NCBI GenBank assembly: GCA_965603825.1
Contig: CBFDEM010000040.1
Span: forward strand, 248,001-312,000
Source: Blepharisma stoltei ATCC 30299
Taxonomy: Eukaryota; Protista; Ciliophora
DNA: 64,000 nucleotides
Reading direction: 5' to 3'
Under the pieces are notes generated by a model. The model saw only the letters and a list, made by a program, of their open reading frames with translations. It was not told the origin of the DNA and made no database searches. A program made the translations under genes and the position numbers. Below are positions 37,959-50,600 of the stretch, piece by piece (positions within the stretch are counted from its first letter, which is position 1; each line of letters opens with the position of its first letter).

Positions 37959-39743
37959 ATGGATCCTTTTCTACCTTTTGTGCCAACTCAGCATCACCAA
38001 TTCGAATCAGACCCTTCTCAGCAGCTATGTCTGGTTCCTAATGATCACATTCAATCTGCTCAATCACAAATAAAATCATTAAAATTCAAAAAAGCGAAAT
38101 TAAAAGCTGAACAAATCACATCCCTAGAAAACCAAGTTGCTCTTTATACTCAAAAAATCCAAGCACTAACTAAAGAAAAAACCAGCCTTTTAACATTCGA
38201 AAAAGAAAAATTGACTGAGTTTAATGCAAACTTGCTAAAATTAGAAGAAAATCATCAAGAAGAGCTAAAACAGCTCGATGCAAAAAATGACCGTGAATAT
38301 CAGTTCCGAGAAGAAAAATTCGATGCCACCCTTAAAGAAGAATTCAAAAGATACTACCATCTCCGAGAAGACATGGAAGAAATGAAAGTAAAATTTGACC
38401 AAGAATTGACTACCATTATGATCGCCCATCAACAAAAACTCAAAGAATTTGAAGATGCCTACAGCGAAAATCTAAAAGAAATAAAAAATTCTTATGACTC
38501 TTTACTGGAAAAAATGAAAGTTGACTCAGAACTCTACGAAAATCAAATTTCTCTATTAGAGCAAGAGCATGAAAAAGAAATTGATGCCACTAAATCAAGA
38601 AAAAAAGAAGAACTTGCCTCAGAACAGTCCAAAACTGAAGAGCTCTACAAGAAAAGCAGTGTTTTAAAAGAAACTAAATGCAAACTTAAAGAAGAAAAAT
38701 CTACTCTGATGAAGGTTGTTTCTGAGCTAGAAGATATAAATAAAGAAAGACTCTCAGAAGCAGAAACCCTCAGAAATAAGCTGAATAAAACTGAAGAACA
38801 AATAGGTGAAAGAGATGAAGTTATTAATAGAAAAGAAAACACAATAAAAGAACTCCGCGCTTTTAATATCCATTTAATGAATTTTCACTTTGTCTTAAAC
38901 CAAAAAATTAGCAGCTTAAAAGACGAAAGAGATCCTTTAGACGTAAAAATAAAAGAGCGTGAAGAAACTATCCGTGATATGTATACTGAGTTGCTAGAAG
39001 AATTTTCTAATAAAAAATTATTGACTGAAAAAGTTCAAAGGCTAAAAGATAAAAATAAAGCAGTGGATGAGCTAAACAAAACTTTAAGAAAGCAGATTTT
39101 TCAGAATAATAGAAAAATTACTTTATTTCAGAGTGATTTAGCACATTTAATTAGAACAACTGACAGAGACCATATAGCGCTAAAATTAATGGAATTATAT
39201 GATAAGCATGCAAATTCAGTGGATACTGAAGAAACTGAAACATACTCTGGAGTCATAGGAAAAGACATCAGAGAAACTCTAATGGAAGCTAACATGCAAA
39301 AAACGCAAGAAGAAGCTTTGCAATATCATTCTTCTATTAAAGAAAAGCTGCATAACTTCCAAAGCCAAAGCAAAAGATATCAAAAAGAAAAAACTGAGTC
39401 ATTATTTAGGAAGCAGCACGAAAACGCATTTTTAATTAAAGAATGCAATGAGCTGAGGAATGAAAAAATGCAGCTCACAAAGGCAGTTTCAAAAATAAAA
39501 AATGAAGTAGAAGAGCTTTCTCGGCAGGTCAGCTTGACCTCTCCAATTGCTCCCAAGCAAATGCATCACACTGGGTCCTTGCCAGATTTATTTGACTTCA
39601 AAAATACCTCAAAATCAAAAGGCCCTGATAATAAGCTCCAAAGTATCATTACCAAGCTGGATAAAAACAGAGACAAACTATCGCAGCAGAACCTGGAAAT
39701 TAAGAAACTTGAAGAGAAAATGTCTAATATATTGCAAGGATAA
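37959..39743 (+). CDS. Coiled-coil protein resembling the CFAP57/WDR65 C-terminal region, without WD40s
   Basis: IGERDEVINRKENTIKELRAFNIHLMNFHFVLNQKISSLKDERDP and ENAFLIKECNELR resemble the CFAP57 coiled coil. Confidence 0.65.
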   Translation: MDPFLPFVPTQHHQFESDPSQQLCLVPNDHIQSAQSQIKSLKFKKAKLKAEQITSLENQVALYTQKIQALTKEKTSLLTFEKEKLTEFNANLLKLEENHQEELKQLDAKNDREYQFREEKFDATLKEEFKRYYHLREDMEEMKVKFDQELTTIMIAHQQKLKEFEDAYSENLKEIKNSYDSLLEKMKVDSELYENQISLLEQEHEKEIDATKSRKKEELASEQSKTEELYKKSSVLKETKCKLKEEKSTLMKVVSELEDINKERLSEAETLRNKLNKTEEQIGERDEVINRKENTIKELRAFNIHLMNFHFVLNQKISSLKDERDPLDVKIKEREETIRDMYTELLEEFSNKKLLTEKVQRLKDKNKAVDELNKTLRKQIFQNNRKITLFQSDLAHLIRTTDRDHIALKLMELYDKHANSVDTEETETYSGVIGKDIRETLMEANMQKTQEEALQYHSSIKEKLHNFQSQSKRYQKEKTESLFRKQHENAFLIKECNELRNEKMQLTKAVSKIKNEVEELSRQVSLTSPIAPKQMHHTGSLPDLFDFKNTSKSKGPDNKLQSIITKLDKNRDKLSQQNLEIKKLEEKMSNILQG

Positions 39744-39775
39744 TCTAATATTTAAATTTGAATATTTCAAATAAT

Positions 39776-40981
39776 ATGGATACAGACAGAAGTAGAAAAA
39801 GGGCAGCGCAAAGCTGCGATAAATTTGTATGCCAATTGGTATTTTTTATAAAGGATCTTAGTAAAGCTACAAAACCGATAGAAAAGCTCGGGTCAACTGA
39901 ATATTTTCGAGCACTAAAAGGGCATAACTCACTAAGAGAATCAAAATGCAAGGGAATAGAGCTCCCTGATGATATTGAGTATGCAATAGACAAAGCTGTA
40001 AGGCAGAGGATGCAAAAAGGCTTATTTGGGTACGATAATTCTCAAGTAATAGCACTTGAATTAGAGCTTGAAAACGCAGAAGGGAACAAAAAAGATAACG
40101 AGAAGCTATTTGATGAATTATTAAGTGAAAGGCTTGAAAATGCTGCAAAAACTATGAAAACTTCAGAAATTTCATTTGAAGATTGAAAAAGACGAAAAGC
40201 TGCTGAAGAAAGGCTAAAGAAAAAATTATTAGTCCAAGCTCTAGAAATTGAATATGAAGAAAAACTATTAGAAGCTGAAGACAAAGAAGTCAAAAAAATA
40301 GAAAGCTATAAACAAGTGAGAAACTGGGAAAGAAATAAATCAAAAGAGGAAAAAGTCAAGAAAAGTGAGAAAAATAAAGCAAAAGCTGATGAGGAAAGTG
40401 CAAAGAGAAAGAAAATTGAAGAGTCAAGCAAAGTGTATCGGGAATGATTAAAAAATAACTTGATAAAGTTAAGGGAAAAGAAAATAAAAGAAAGAGAAGA
40501 AAAAAAGAAAATTTATGAAGAAAAAAGGAAAAAAGAGATGGAACAGATGCAGAGAAAAATGAAGGCAGAAGAAGAGTATAATGCGTGATTAACGAGAAAG
40601 TCACTATCTAAAAACAGTACACAGAGATATGAATCTTCTGAGGAGTTTTATCAAATAAAAAAACCAATTTTGATGGCTTATTCACCAAATAGAAAAAGCA
40701 CGCCTGGTGACCAGTTTATAGATTCATTTAGCGACTTCAGTGATTCCCCTCAATACTCATCAAAAGAAGAAGAGATAGAAAAACGCGGAGATGCTCAAGT
40801 AAAAGCATCTTCAAAACCTCCATTGCCATCACAGCGTAGCAATAAATTCACAGAAAGACAAATTAAGAATGAAAACTGTCACACCTTTGAAGAGCTTTCA
40901 TCGATCAGAAAATCTCCACAAGTAAACGAAGTGTCCCATGAAATTAGTGCGAATCCAGAAAGCTTTTATAGTGATATATAA
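39776..40981 (+). CDS. Lys/Glu-rich coiled-coil protein, CCDC34/CCDC181-like (401 aa)
   Basis: ORFs 39758..40186 and 40670..40981 are co-framed. Three TGA fall in repeated F/Y-x-x-W motifs (FEDWKRRK, YREWLKN, YNAWLTRK). Confidence 0.7.
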
Positions 40982-41402
40982 TAATAAAATAGATAAAATG
41001 GTGATGATTTATAAATAAAGCTTTAATTAGGCTGATTTATCGAATATGATAATCGCAAGAAATTCTATTTTCGGGCTTATCAAAAAATTTGAAATTTAAA
41101 AATTCCCTTTCTGCGAGGATACCGCTTGCACTGAAGCCACCTGATATTCCAGAGTATTCTTTCAGAAGTCTTAGAAATGGGCTAGCCTTAATAGCGCATC
41201 TTGGAGTCCTTCCATCAATAATGCTATTTTATTTCTACAGTATATTTATTAAATATATAAAACATAATGATATTGGAAATATAATCAATTTTGGCAGAAA
41301 GGGTAATAAGTATTATAGAGTTTCCTATAAATAACTCAAGATTTAATCTCATATTAGAAAATCTATTAATAAAAGTTAAACTCATCACCCTTCATTTATC
41401 AG

Positions 41403-41900
41403 TTAATAGAAATATATATAATATATTTTATTTTTATCATTCCACTTGAATTTTGAGTTTATTTCAAATTTTATGATATATAGCCTCTTCAGAAGAGCCA
41501 CTGTCTCATCCTCATGTCCTAGGATTATATCTATCTTTTTAATTTCCACATCTTTCCTTGGGTATTTTAAGGAAAGTGCACTAGACGTTCTCGTTAATCC
41601 TGCTATTAAATAGCGAAGCGCCAATTCAACTTTGCAACGATAAAGTATGGTTTTTGCCATCTTTTTAGTAGCCATTTTATTAATCTCTTCTCTCAGCTTC
41701 AGAAGTTTCTTTGAAGACACCTTAATCATAGCGCATTTATCTTCCCGATGTCCTCTATTATGACAGATATTGCATTCATATAGAATAGGGTGCGAAATGG
41801 AGCATTATCCTAGGATTGTGATGCCATTCTTGAGACTATTAAGATCCTCCGTATCCTCAAAATCCCTAAATGGGGAAATTTCTTCCCCATACCTTTCCCT
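41403..41900 (-). pseudogene. Disrupted reading frame containing a CCHC zinc knuckle (possible retroelement gag/ORF1 relic)
   Basis: CNICHNRGHREDKC at 41733-41774 is in frame with ORF 41403..41729. An in-frame TAA lies at 41805-41807, with no ATG between it and the knuckle. Confidence 0.4.
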
Positions 41901-42702
41901 GATGCTGAGTTAAGATATTGTTTGATGTCTCTTTCAAGTTCCTTATCACCGGTATTGCCTAGAGCTGTCCCTCACCATCAAATAGATTTTTGAATGTGCT
42001 GATGATTATTCAAATTTATCAAATCATAGACATCACCATTCCATTCCTTTGGTGCTTTCTTGGGGTTCAACTGGTGCTTATGATACTTTTGGTGCTTAAT
42101 TTTGTGTTTGTCTATAGAGTTTTTCCCTGGCCTTCTCAAAGAGAGACTCTGCACTATTTCTATCCTTCTACCGAGTCCCTTACTCACTAGGTTACAGAGT
42201 TGGAGCCACAAATGGGTTTTAAATCATTTTTCCTTTCTTTTTACAAGCTCATACACCTGGATCTTACTGCCTATTAAATTTTCAGAACTTGACTGTTTGC
42301 ACAGACTGAAACACTGATGAAAATATTAACTAATAATAAAATGATTTCTAAATTGTGGTAAGTTCTTTGATTTTATTGATAACGTTGAGCATTCAGTTCT
42401 ATTTTTACTAGCCAAAATGGGAATTTTAATTCTTCTATGGTTATGAAGGTAAATTTTGATCAGAACAATATTTTATATTACTGGTCAGTATCTTTTTCCC
42501 TTTAAGTTAAAATTGCATCACTTTTTATTTACATATGATTTATTAGTGTCAAAATAAAACCTTTAGATATTTAAATTTTTAGCTCAAAAAGCTTGAAGTA
42601 TATTTATAAAATTTAATTTTTTCATTCCAAAAATAGCGCCTTTAAATTAATTATATATTAGTATACTTTCTCTTTAAATTGTGCGAGAATATGATGCAAC
42701 TT

Positions 42703-43014
42703 CTAAAATATTGAGCAAGTGCATGAGCAATTGTTTCCTTGAATAATTCTTGACTTTAACAGCCTATCTAGTTCTTTGTTTTCCATATTTTCATCCATAG
42801 ACACTCGTCCGGAGTGAATTGTCGTCTTTTGTGAAGGCGAGTGTGGCATGTCAATTTCTGACTCTTCTCTAATCAGTTCAAGAAACTCTGATTTTTGGGA
42901 TTTTCGCTTCCCAAAGTATTTATTGTGTGCAGGAGAAGCATGCTCGCTTGCTTCCCAGCTTTCGGATACTTCTGATATTACGCTGAGCTTTGGAGAAATA
43001 GATATCGCATTCAT
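42703..43014 (-). CDS. Small Ser/Glu-rich protein ending in a CaaX-like motif
   Basis: ATG-to-TAG frame with C-terminus ...NNCSCTCSIF*. Confidence 0.65.
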   Translation of the reverse strand: MNAISISPKLSVISEVSESWEASEHASPAHNKYFGKRKSQKSEFLELIREESEIDMPHSPSQKTTIHSGRVSMDENMENKELDRLLKSRIIQGNNCSCTCSIF

Positions 43015-44432
43015 CTGATGGTTGGGTATTAATTTTTTTAATCAAAAATTAATCATGATCATATGGCAATTAAGAATTAAACAACATTAAAACTTGTGGA
43101 AAAATTTTATAGATGTGATAATTAAAAGGAAAGCTTGATTTTAAAAATTATAATTTTTGAAAATCTTTATTGGATTTTCCTGGGTTTAATTAAAAGAATT
43201 TTGCTTGCTAAGCCTATATATATTGGTATATATTGGTAAGGATATTATCAAAAATCTTGTTAGGTTGAAAGATTTTATCAATTTTTTTATTAAGAATGTA
43301 ATGCTAAACTGCTTCTGCTTAGGTATTTTATCTAGCATAATTCTGTCATATGTAATTTCGGGCAGAGATAAAAACTCTATCTTGAAGAAAACCCACAAGC
43401 TTGTGACGACTAGGTGCTGATAATCTCAATACTTATGGATATTTTATGATAGTTTTGGCATTTTGTTAGCAAATATTATTGCTTAGTTCATAATTTCTAA
43501 ATAATTTATAGGCGTAAGATGATCTCTGAAGCGAATAAATTTGTGTTTATTTATCTATAGTGAATTTAAATTAGTGCTTGAATGCTTTAAGGCTATTAGT
43601 CTTGATCTAAGTCCAGTAAAAGAGACCAATATTATGCCTGAAATTTGACCAGTCACTCCTCAATTGATAAAACATTTTTGAATTAAATAATGACTCTTAA
43701 AATGATATGATATACGGTATTATAGTTTATGCAACTACAGATTTTTTAGTCAATATTAATATACATAAAATTCATATTGACATTCATTTTTAAATATGTG
43801 CCTTTATAATTCAAAAATGTAATCAATTCTGTTTTATTTAGGTAAAATGCATACATAAGTAGAGTCATCCTTTCCATGAGATTTTCAAATAGTTTTGCAA
43901 GTTCATCTATGCCATTATTTTTAAATCCCAAAGCTCAGATTATCTAATATTTGATTTTCATTGTTTGCAATTTTTTGGGAAATTAGATGCTAAATCACAC
44001 CACTTGAAATTTTTAAATCAGTTGATTTAAAATAATTTGCAAAACTCGAGGTAAAATATCGAACAAATAATTTTATATTAGCGGAGCATCAAAATTCCCT
44101 TTATATTAAATATTTCAGCAAAGCAGTTTTGCTAAAATTGCTGACGAGCAAGCAAAGTTGCCAATTGCAATCCCATTTATTCATAAAAATTAAATATTTT
44201 AATCCTAGTAATAGTTTAATGCTAATTGAGTATTTTTATTATTAAAATCTAGCAAAAAAATTGGCAAATAAGAGAATTCTTAAAGACTTACATTAAATTT
44301 TAACCTATTAGTTCTTTAAGCCTTTATACTAAATATCTGTTCAGGACCTAAAGCATACCATTAAAAACTGGCAGTCGAAAATATGGAATAAAAATTGAAT
44401 TTTTCAGGCTATTTATTTATGAGTTAAATCAA

Positions 44433-44837
44433 CTATTTATTTAAAATTGGAGGCAGTCTTGCATCTTCTAATGTAAAAGGTCCTGAAGGGATTACATAGA
44501 CACTTAAGATTTTTTCCACAAGGAGGTTTAAATTTATTCTAGCCTCAATAAATTCACACTTCTTTTTAGAGTTCATATAAGGATGGTATTTCCTTCTATG
44601 CACTGACAGTTGACTTATTTGCCGGTATCTCTCACCGCAAATTTTGCAAATATACGGCTTGGCTCGAGAATGGAAGTATCCGTGGTCTTTGAGACTCTGA
44701 GCAGAAGTCACTTTTTTTCCACACTTCTCGCATACGAATCTGATTTTCAGATGAAATGTGTTTACATGCCTATGCAAATTGGAATTTTTACTATATCTAA
44801 GACCGCACCCTTTATAAGGACAATTATATTTCCCCAT
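44433..44837 (-). CDS. Three-finger C2H2 zinc-finger protein, tandem copy A
   Basis: CPYKGC..HVNTFH, CEKC..HGYFH, CKIC..HRRKYH, with linker SRAKPY. Confidence 0.9.
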   Translation of the reverse strand: MGKYNCPYKGCGLRYSKNSNLHRHVNTFHLKIRFVCEKCGKKVTSAQSLKDHGYFHSRAKPYICKICGERYRQISQLSVHRRKYHPYMNSKKKCEFIEARINLNLLVEKILSVYVIPSGPFTLEDARLPPILNK

Positions 44838-45515
44838 TTTTCTTTATAAATCAAGGTACTCATTATTTTGGCCCAAATACGGGTGGAAGGCAAGAAGAGC
44901 AGCAATCAGCAAAATTAAAATGTATCGCAAATAAAATTTTACTATTAATTTAAGTGTATATTTTATAAATTTCCATATACTTTATGCTAATAAAAGGCTT
45001 AAATGCAGGATATTAAAAAAATAAATAAGAAGGAAAAAAACATTATAGCAGCAATTAATTAATATTTTTTTACTTATGTGAGCATTTAGATTTACAAATT
45101 AAATTAAAAACAAACTCCAAGATTAACTAAAAATGAAAGATAGATAGAAAAGAATTGACATTGATTTATTGATAAAGGATAAAAAATTAGGGCCATTAAG
45201 GTTTTTAGAAAGCTCCTAACTCAAATAGCATGCGAAATAATACGAATCTCTCCAATTTTTACAAGTACCAAATCCGCAAATAATACTAATCATTATAAGA
45301 GAAAATTTCTTAGTTAATAATTCCTTAGAAAATTAAAGTTAAAAGGAAATTATGATAGAGCTTAATAAATAATTAGCGATTTAGTTTAAATCAAGAATTC
45401 ACGAGCTAGTTGCATATTTAAGGCTGTAAAATACTGTTAAAAACTGATAGTCTAAAATGATGGATAAGGTTGATATCTTAATGGATCTAATACTAAAACT
45501 ATTTAAGTTATTCGA

Positions 45516-45929
45516 TTATTTATTTGAAATTGGAGGTAGTCTTGCGTCTTTGAGTGTAAAAGGTCCGGAAGGGATTTCATATGTTTTTGCAATTTTTTCC
45601 ACAAAAAGGTTAATTTTCATAAAATTTACCTTAAGCTCGACAAACTCGGGTTTATTTTTTGATTTGGCATCAGAATGGTATTTCCTTCGATGCACTGACA
45701 GCTGGCTTATTTGACGGAATCTTTTTCGACAGATTTTGCACATATACGGCTTAGCACGAGAATGGAAGTATCCATGGTCTTTGAGACTCTGAGCAGAAGT
45801 CACTTCTTTCCCGCACTTTGTGCACGAAAATCTGATTTTCAGATGAAATGTATTTATATGTCTGTGTAAATTAGAATTCTTACTGTATTCAAGGCCGCAC
45901 TCTTCGTAAGGGCATTTATACTTTCCCAT
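45516..45929 (-). CDS. Three-finger C2H2 zinc-finger protein, tandem copy B
   Basis: Close paralog of 44433..44837, including the C-terminal IPSGPFTLxDARLPPI. Confidence 0.9.
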   Translation of the reverse strand: MGKYKCPYEECGLEYSKNSNLHRHINTFHLKIRFSCTKCGKEVTSAQSLKDHGYFHSRAKPYMCKICRKRFRQISQLSVHRRKYHSDAKSKNKPEFVELKVNFMKINLFVEKIAKTYEIPSGPFTLKDARLPPISNK

Positions 45930-47655
45930 TTTTTCTTATACAATAAAAGCAAATATGTAAAAATGTATACAGAAATTAAGATAAAGTAAAAAGATGCAGA
46001 AATAAACAAAGTAGTTCATTTAAAATGCATCGAAAATTTATTAATGATTCTAAGAGATAATTGAAGGAGTTGCTTTGAATTTGCTGTCTTTAAGCATAAA
46101 TCTTTAAACACAAAAGAGCAAGCGAAGCCTGTTTCAATGATAGTGGAATTAATTCTCTTTAAAAGAGTTATTAATTTGTATTCCTTCATTTCCTGACGAA
46201 CAGAAGCTTCTGAAAATTTTGCAATAGATTTTTTGGTATCTTGAAAGCTAATATATTCGGCTTTTGGCGAAGAATTGAATATTCGTAAATATATTATGGT
46301 TGTCTGAGTCTTAAAACCGAGCTAACTTCTTTAGGTGAAATGCTTTTCTAAATGAAATGCCTTTTCTCAAAAGATGCACTTTCATGAGATCTAGGCCTTT
46401 ACTATCATTTTTTTTATACACAATTAATGTCATTCTTTTGCATCACTTTAGTTGATTTTCTGAAGAACATAATTATTTTTAAGTCTATTTCAGAATATTA
46501 TAATTAAAAATATAGCTCACTGCTTAAGCTTATAATTTAAAAAGGTTGTAAAAATTAGAATCCCTAGCATTATAAGGACATTTTTCTTAGTTAATATACT
46601 TTAGTCTAAAATGGAGTCTAATTAAATCCATAATTATAAATCGATTTTAAAGAATTTTTTTGCGTTTACTCATCGAACATTTCGTAAAGAAACATATCAG
46701 AAAAATAAAACCAATAGTGTGTATCTTAAATTTTCTCCTCTTTTATTCCATTTTCTTCTATTTTTAATATCAAATTAGTAATTCTTACCCATGATTTTCA
46801 TTATTCCACTTCAAATTTATCTGATTCTCATTGATAAGTAATAAATAAAAATGCTGACCTTCCTATTTCTTTTATTTTTTAAAAAATGCCATGATAACTC
46901 AGTATGATTATAAAAGTCATTCCCAATAAAGTTTATGGTAGAATATATTTTATATTATAGTTCATGTGCTATATCAATAATTATTATGCATATGTGAAAT
47001 TGAGCTTCATATTAAGGATATTTTATAAATCTTCATTACTAGAACAGGCTAATTCATTTCTGTTAAGAAATGCGTAAGCTTATCTCTATGCATTTGTATT
47101 TTTTCTCATACAATTGAAAAATTTGTATGGCCTTTTATTATGTCATATAATGCTAAATAAAAATCTTCGTAATATAATAAAAATTATTTAGAGTCTTTTA
47201 CTTTTGCATGACAAGAATTGGGATAAAATTATTCAACGCCAATGTGCCAAAGCATTGATTGCTTCTATCTGCTTTAAACTTATGAGGCCAGAAACTTCAG
47301 ATTACTGAAAATTTATTGAAATTTCCAAAATAATACTTTGTGAAAGACTTTCAGGTTAGTTTGAAAAGGGTAATTTCGAAATTATCACCATTTAAAGTTA
47401 ATGCTACCAGTTTTGAATTTATTTTCCATTATAGAGCGTATACCAAGTTCTTCCATTTTCATATCTAATTATTATTGTACAAAAATATAATTTATGCATA
47501 TTTTTAAATTAAAGTATCTTCCATCAATCAATGCTTGATTTTCCTATTACCTATGGAATTAATCTTTCTTATTTTCATATTATCTCATCTCTTATTATGT
47601 GCATCTTTTCTAATATTTGAATTTTTAATGGATTTATATCTCTGGCTATAAAAAT

Positions 47656-50600
47656 ATGTTAAATCGAATCATTCTATGGTTCTTTTTAGTGCTCTGGCAG
47701 CTTTCAGCTGCTGAACTGATTAAATTTTCTCCTCCTGATGAAGGCTCTGTCGTTCATATGGAATTTGAGCTTACAGACGACCCTTCATCTGATCCTAGCC
47801 CTTCTCAAGAAATTGCTATGGCAGGGCAAGGCTCAAAACAAAAAATCCCAGCCAGACCAAAGCGTCACCTCGAGGACTGCAGTGCATTTGGCTTCTGCTC
47901 AACCTGCACCGAAACTGAGTGCTCAGCTTGCCTTGATGAAAGCAACATGGACAAATCTGATGGCAAATGCAAATGCAAAACCGGTCTATTTTGGGATTCA
48001 GAATCTAGCACTTGTGTGGCTTCTTGCAAAGACACTTTCCATATCGAACTGACAATTGTAGATAGTGATGAAGACACTTCATCTGGGCATTATTTTGATG
48101 GGACCAGCTGTCTTCCGTGTGAAGAAGGATGTGATGAATGCGAGGACATAACTGGAAAATGCACTGTATGCTCACAGAATGTCAAAATCGAGATGGATAT
48201 TGCTTCTTGTTGTGATAAAGGGCAATATTATGATGGTAGTGATTGCTTAAAGTGCCCAAGTATATGTGACGAATGTGAAGACACAACTGGAGAATGCATA
48301 ACCTGCTCAAATAACTTCAGAATGGAGATGGACATTACTTCTTGCTGCGATAAAGGGCAATATTATGATGGCAGCGATTGCGTGCAATGCCCAAATAAAT
48401 GTGAAGAGTGTGAAGACACAACTGGAGAATGCATAACCTGCTCAAGTAATTTAAGAATGGAGATGGACATTACTTCTTGCTGCGATAAAGGGCAATATTA
48501 TGATGGCAGCGATTGCGTTCAATGCCCAAGTGAATGCGACGAATGTGAGGATACAACTGGAGAATGCATAACCTGCTCAAATAACTTTAGAATTGAGATG
48601 GATATTACAGCTCTTGATTGTGCATGCGATTCTGGGTACTATATGGATGATCAAGGAGAATGCCAACAATGCAGTGATAAATGTGAAGAGTGTGAAGATA
48701 TTACAGGCAAATGCTTGACTTGTAGCAGCAATTTAAAGCTTGAGTTTGACGTTGTAGAATGCAGTGGATGTGACTCTGGGTATTATATGGATGACCAAGG
48801 AGAATGCCAACAATGTAGTGATAAATGTGAAGAGTGCGAAGATATTACAGGCAAATGTTTGACTTGTAGCAGCAATTTAAAGCTTGAGTTTGACGTTGTA
48901 GAATGCAGTGGATGTGACTCTGGATATTATATGGATGACCAAGGAGAATGCCAACAATGTAGTGATAAATGTGAAGAGTGCGAAGATATTACAGGCAAAT
49001 GTTTGACTTGTAGCAGCAATTTAAAGCTTGAGTTTGATGTTGTAGAATGCAGTGGATGTGACTCTGGATATTATATGGATGGCCAAGGAAATTGTCAACA
49101 ATGCAGTGATAAATGTGAAGAGTGCGAAGATATTACAGGCAAATGTTTGACTTGCAGCAGCAATTTAAAGCTTGAGTTTGACGTTGTAGAATGCAGTGGA
49201 TGTGACTCTGGATATTATATGGATGACCAAGGAGAATGCCAACATTGCAGTGATAAATGTGAAGAGTGTGAAGATATCACAGGCAAATGTTTGACTTGCA
49301 GCAGCAACTTTAGGCTTGAGTTTGACATAACTGATTCGAACTGTTGCAGCAAAGGGACATATTCAGATGGAAACACTTGCTTGGCCTGCGATCCTAAGTG
49401 TAGCCAATGTGAAGATATTACTGGCAATTGTGAAATATGTATCGCTGATGGAATGATCAAAGACCCTGATAATCTTAAAACTTGCAAATGTGAAGAAGGT
49501 TCCTATTTTGATGGAACTTCCTGTCTCCCTTGCGGCAAGAAATGTGTTGATTGCAAGGATAATGTAGGATGCACATCTTGCGACAGCACTTTAAGTCTCT
49601 CTTTTGATATTACTGACGATGGGTGTGGATGCGAAGATGGAAATTATAATAATGGACAAGAATGTGTGCCTTGTGGTGATTTATGTGATATTTGTGAAGA
49701 CGTTACAGGCGAATGTACATCTTGTGTTGATGACAAGAGGATGAAAGTTTCAGATGATGACAGCAAAATTTGTGTATGCAAAGGAGACCAAACAAAAGAA
49801 GGCACTACATGCTCATGTGACAGCGGCAAGTATTTCGATGGGTCAACATGCTTAGATTGCTATGATAAATGCGCCACATGTAAAGATTACACTGCTGAGT
49901 GCGCTACCTGCAAAGACGATTATAAAATGGGTGTAAGCAAAGATAATAATAAAATCTGCGAGTGCTTAGGAACTCAAACATTTGACGGCGAAAATTGCGT
50001 GTGTGCTGAAGGCCAATTCAATGGAACAACCTGCGCCAAATGTGATCATTTTTGTTACACTTGTGATGAAACCTCATTAGTCTGTGATTCTTGTGTAGAC
50101 AGCAATAGAATGAAATTTGATGATACCGACAACAAGAAATGCAGCTGTATTGGAAATCAAACAGCAGACTCATCTCACTGCTACTGTGAAGCTGGGACCT
50201 ATTTCAACCCATCAGTCGGCTGCTCTCCTTGCGGAAAGAGTTGCTTAGAATGTTCTGATTATGATGGTACTTGCACTGAGTGTGAAAATAACTTTAGAAT
50301 TGAACTAAGCATAACAGAATGCGGCTGTAGTCCAGGATCTTACAGTAGCAACGATGATACCTGCGTCCAATGCGGCGATTTCTGCACAGAATGCGAAGAT
50401 TTAACTGGAAAATGTACAGAATGCGAAAGCAATCTCAGAATTGAAGCCGATATCATTGATGACTCCACCTGTGGATGTGGCTCGCACAGCTACTATGACG
50501 GATCAAAATGTACTGAATGTCCTGAGTTTTGTACAGAATGCGAGGACTATACAGGCTTATGCTCATCTTGTGAAAATAATCTAAGAATTGAGGGAGATGT

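Noticed and set aside
43186-43931. Short AT-rich ORFs (43186..43398, 43205..43420, 43746..43931; also 41089..41334 and 62437..62646)
   Set aside because: Mostly non-ATG starts and I/F/K/N-rich composition typical of random AT-rich DNA.
45938-46325. About 120-codon minus-strand open stretch upstream of the zinc-finger pair
   Set aside because: It is bounded by an upstream TAG, has no convincing start and no recognisable domain.
48208-49326. Regular repeats as a CRISPR array or satellite
   Set aside because: The units are in-frame multiples of 3 that encode protein repeats, with no unique spacers, in a eukaryotic context.
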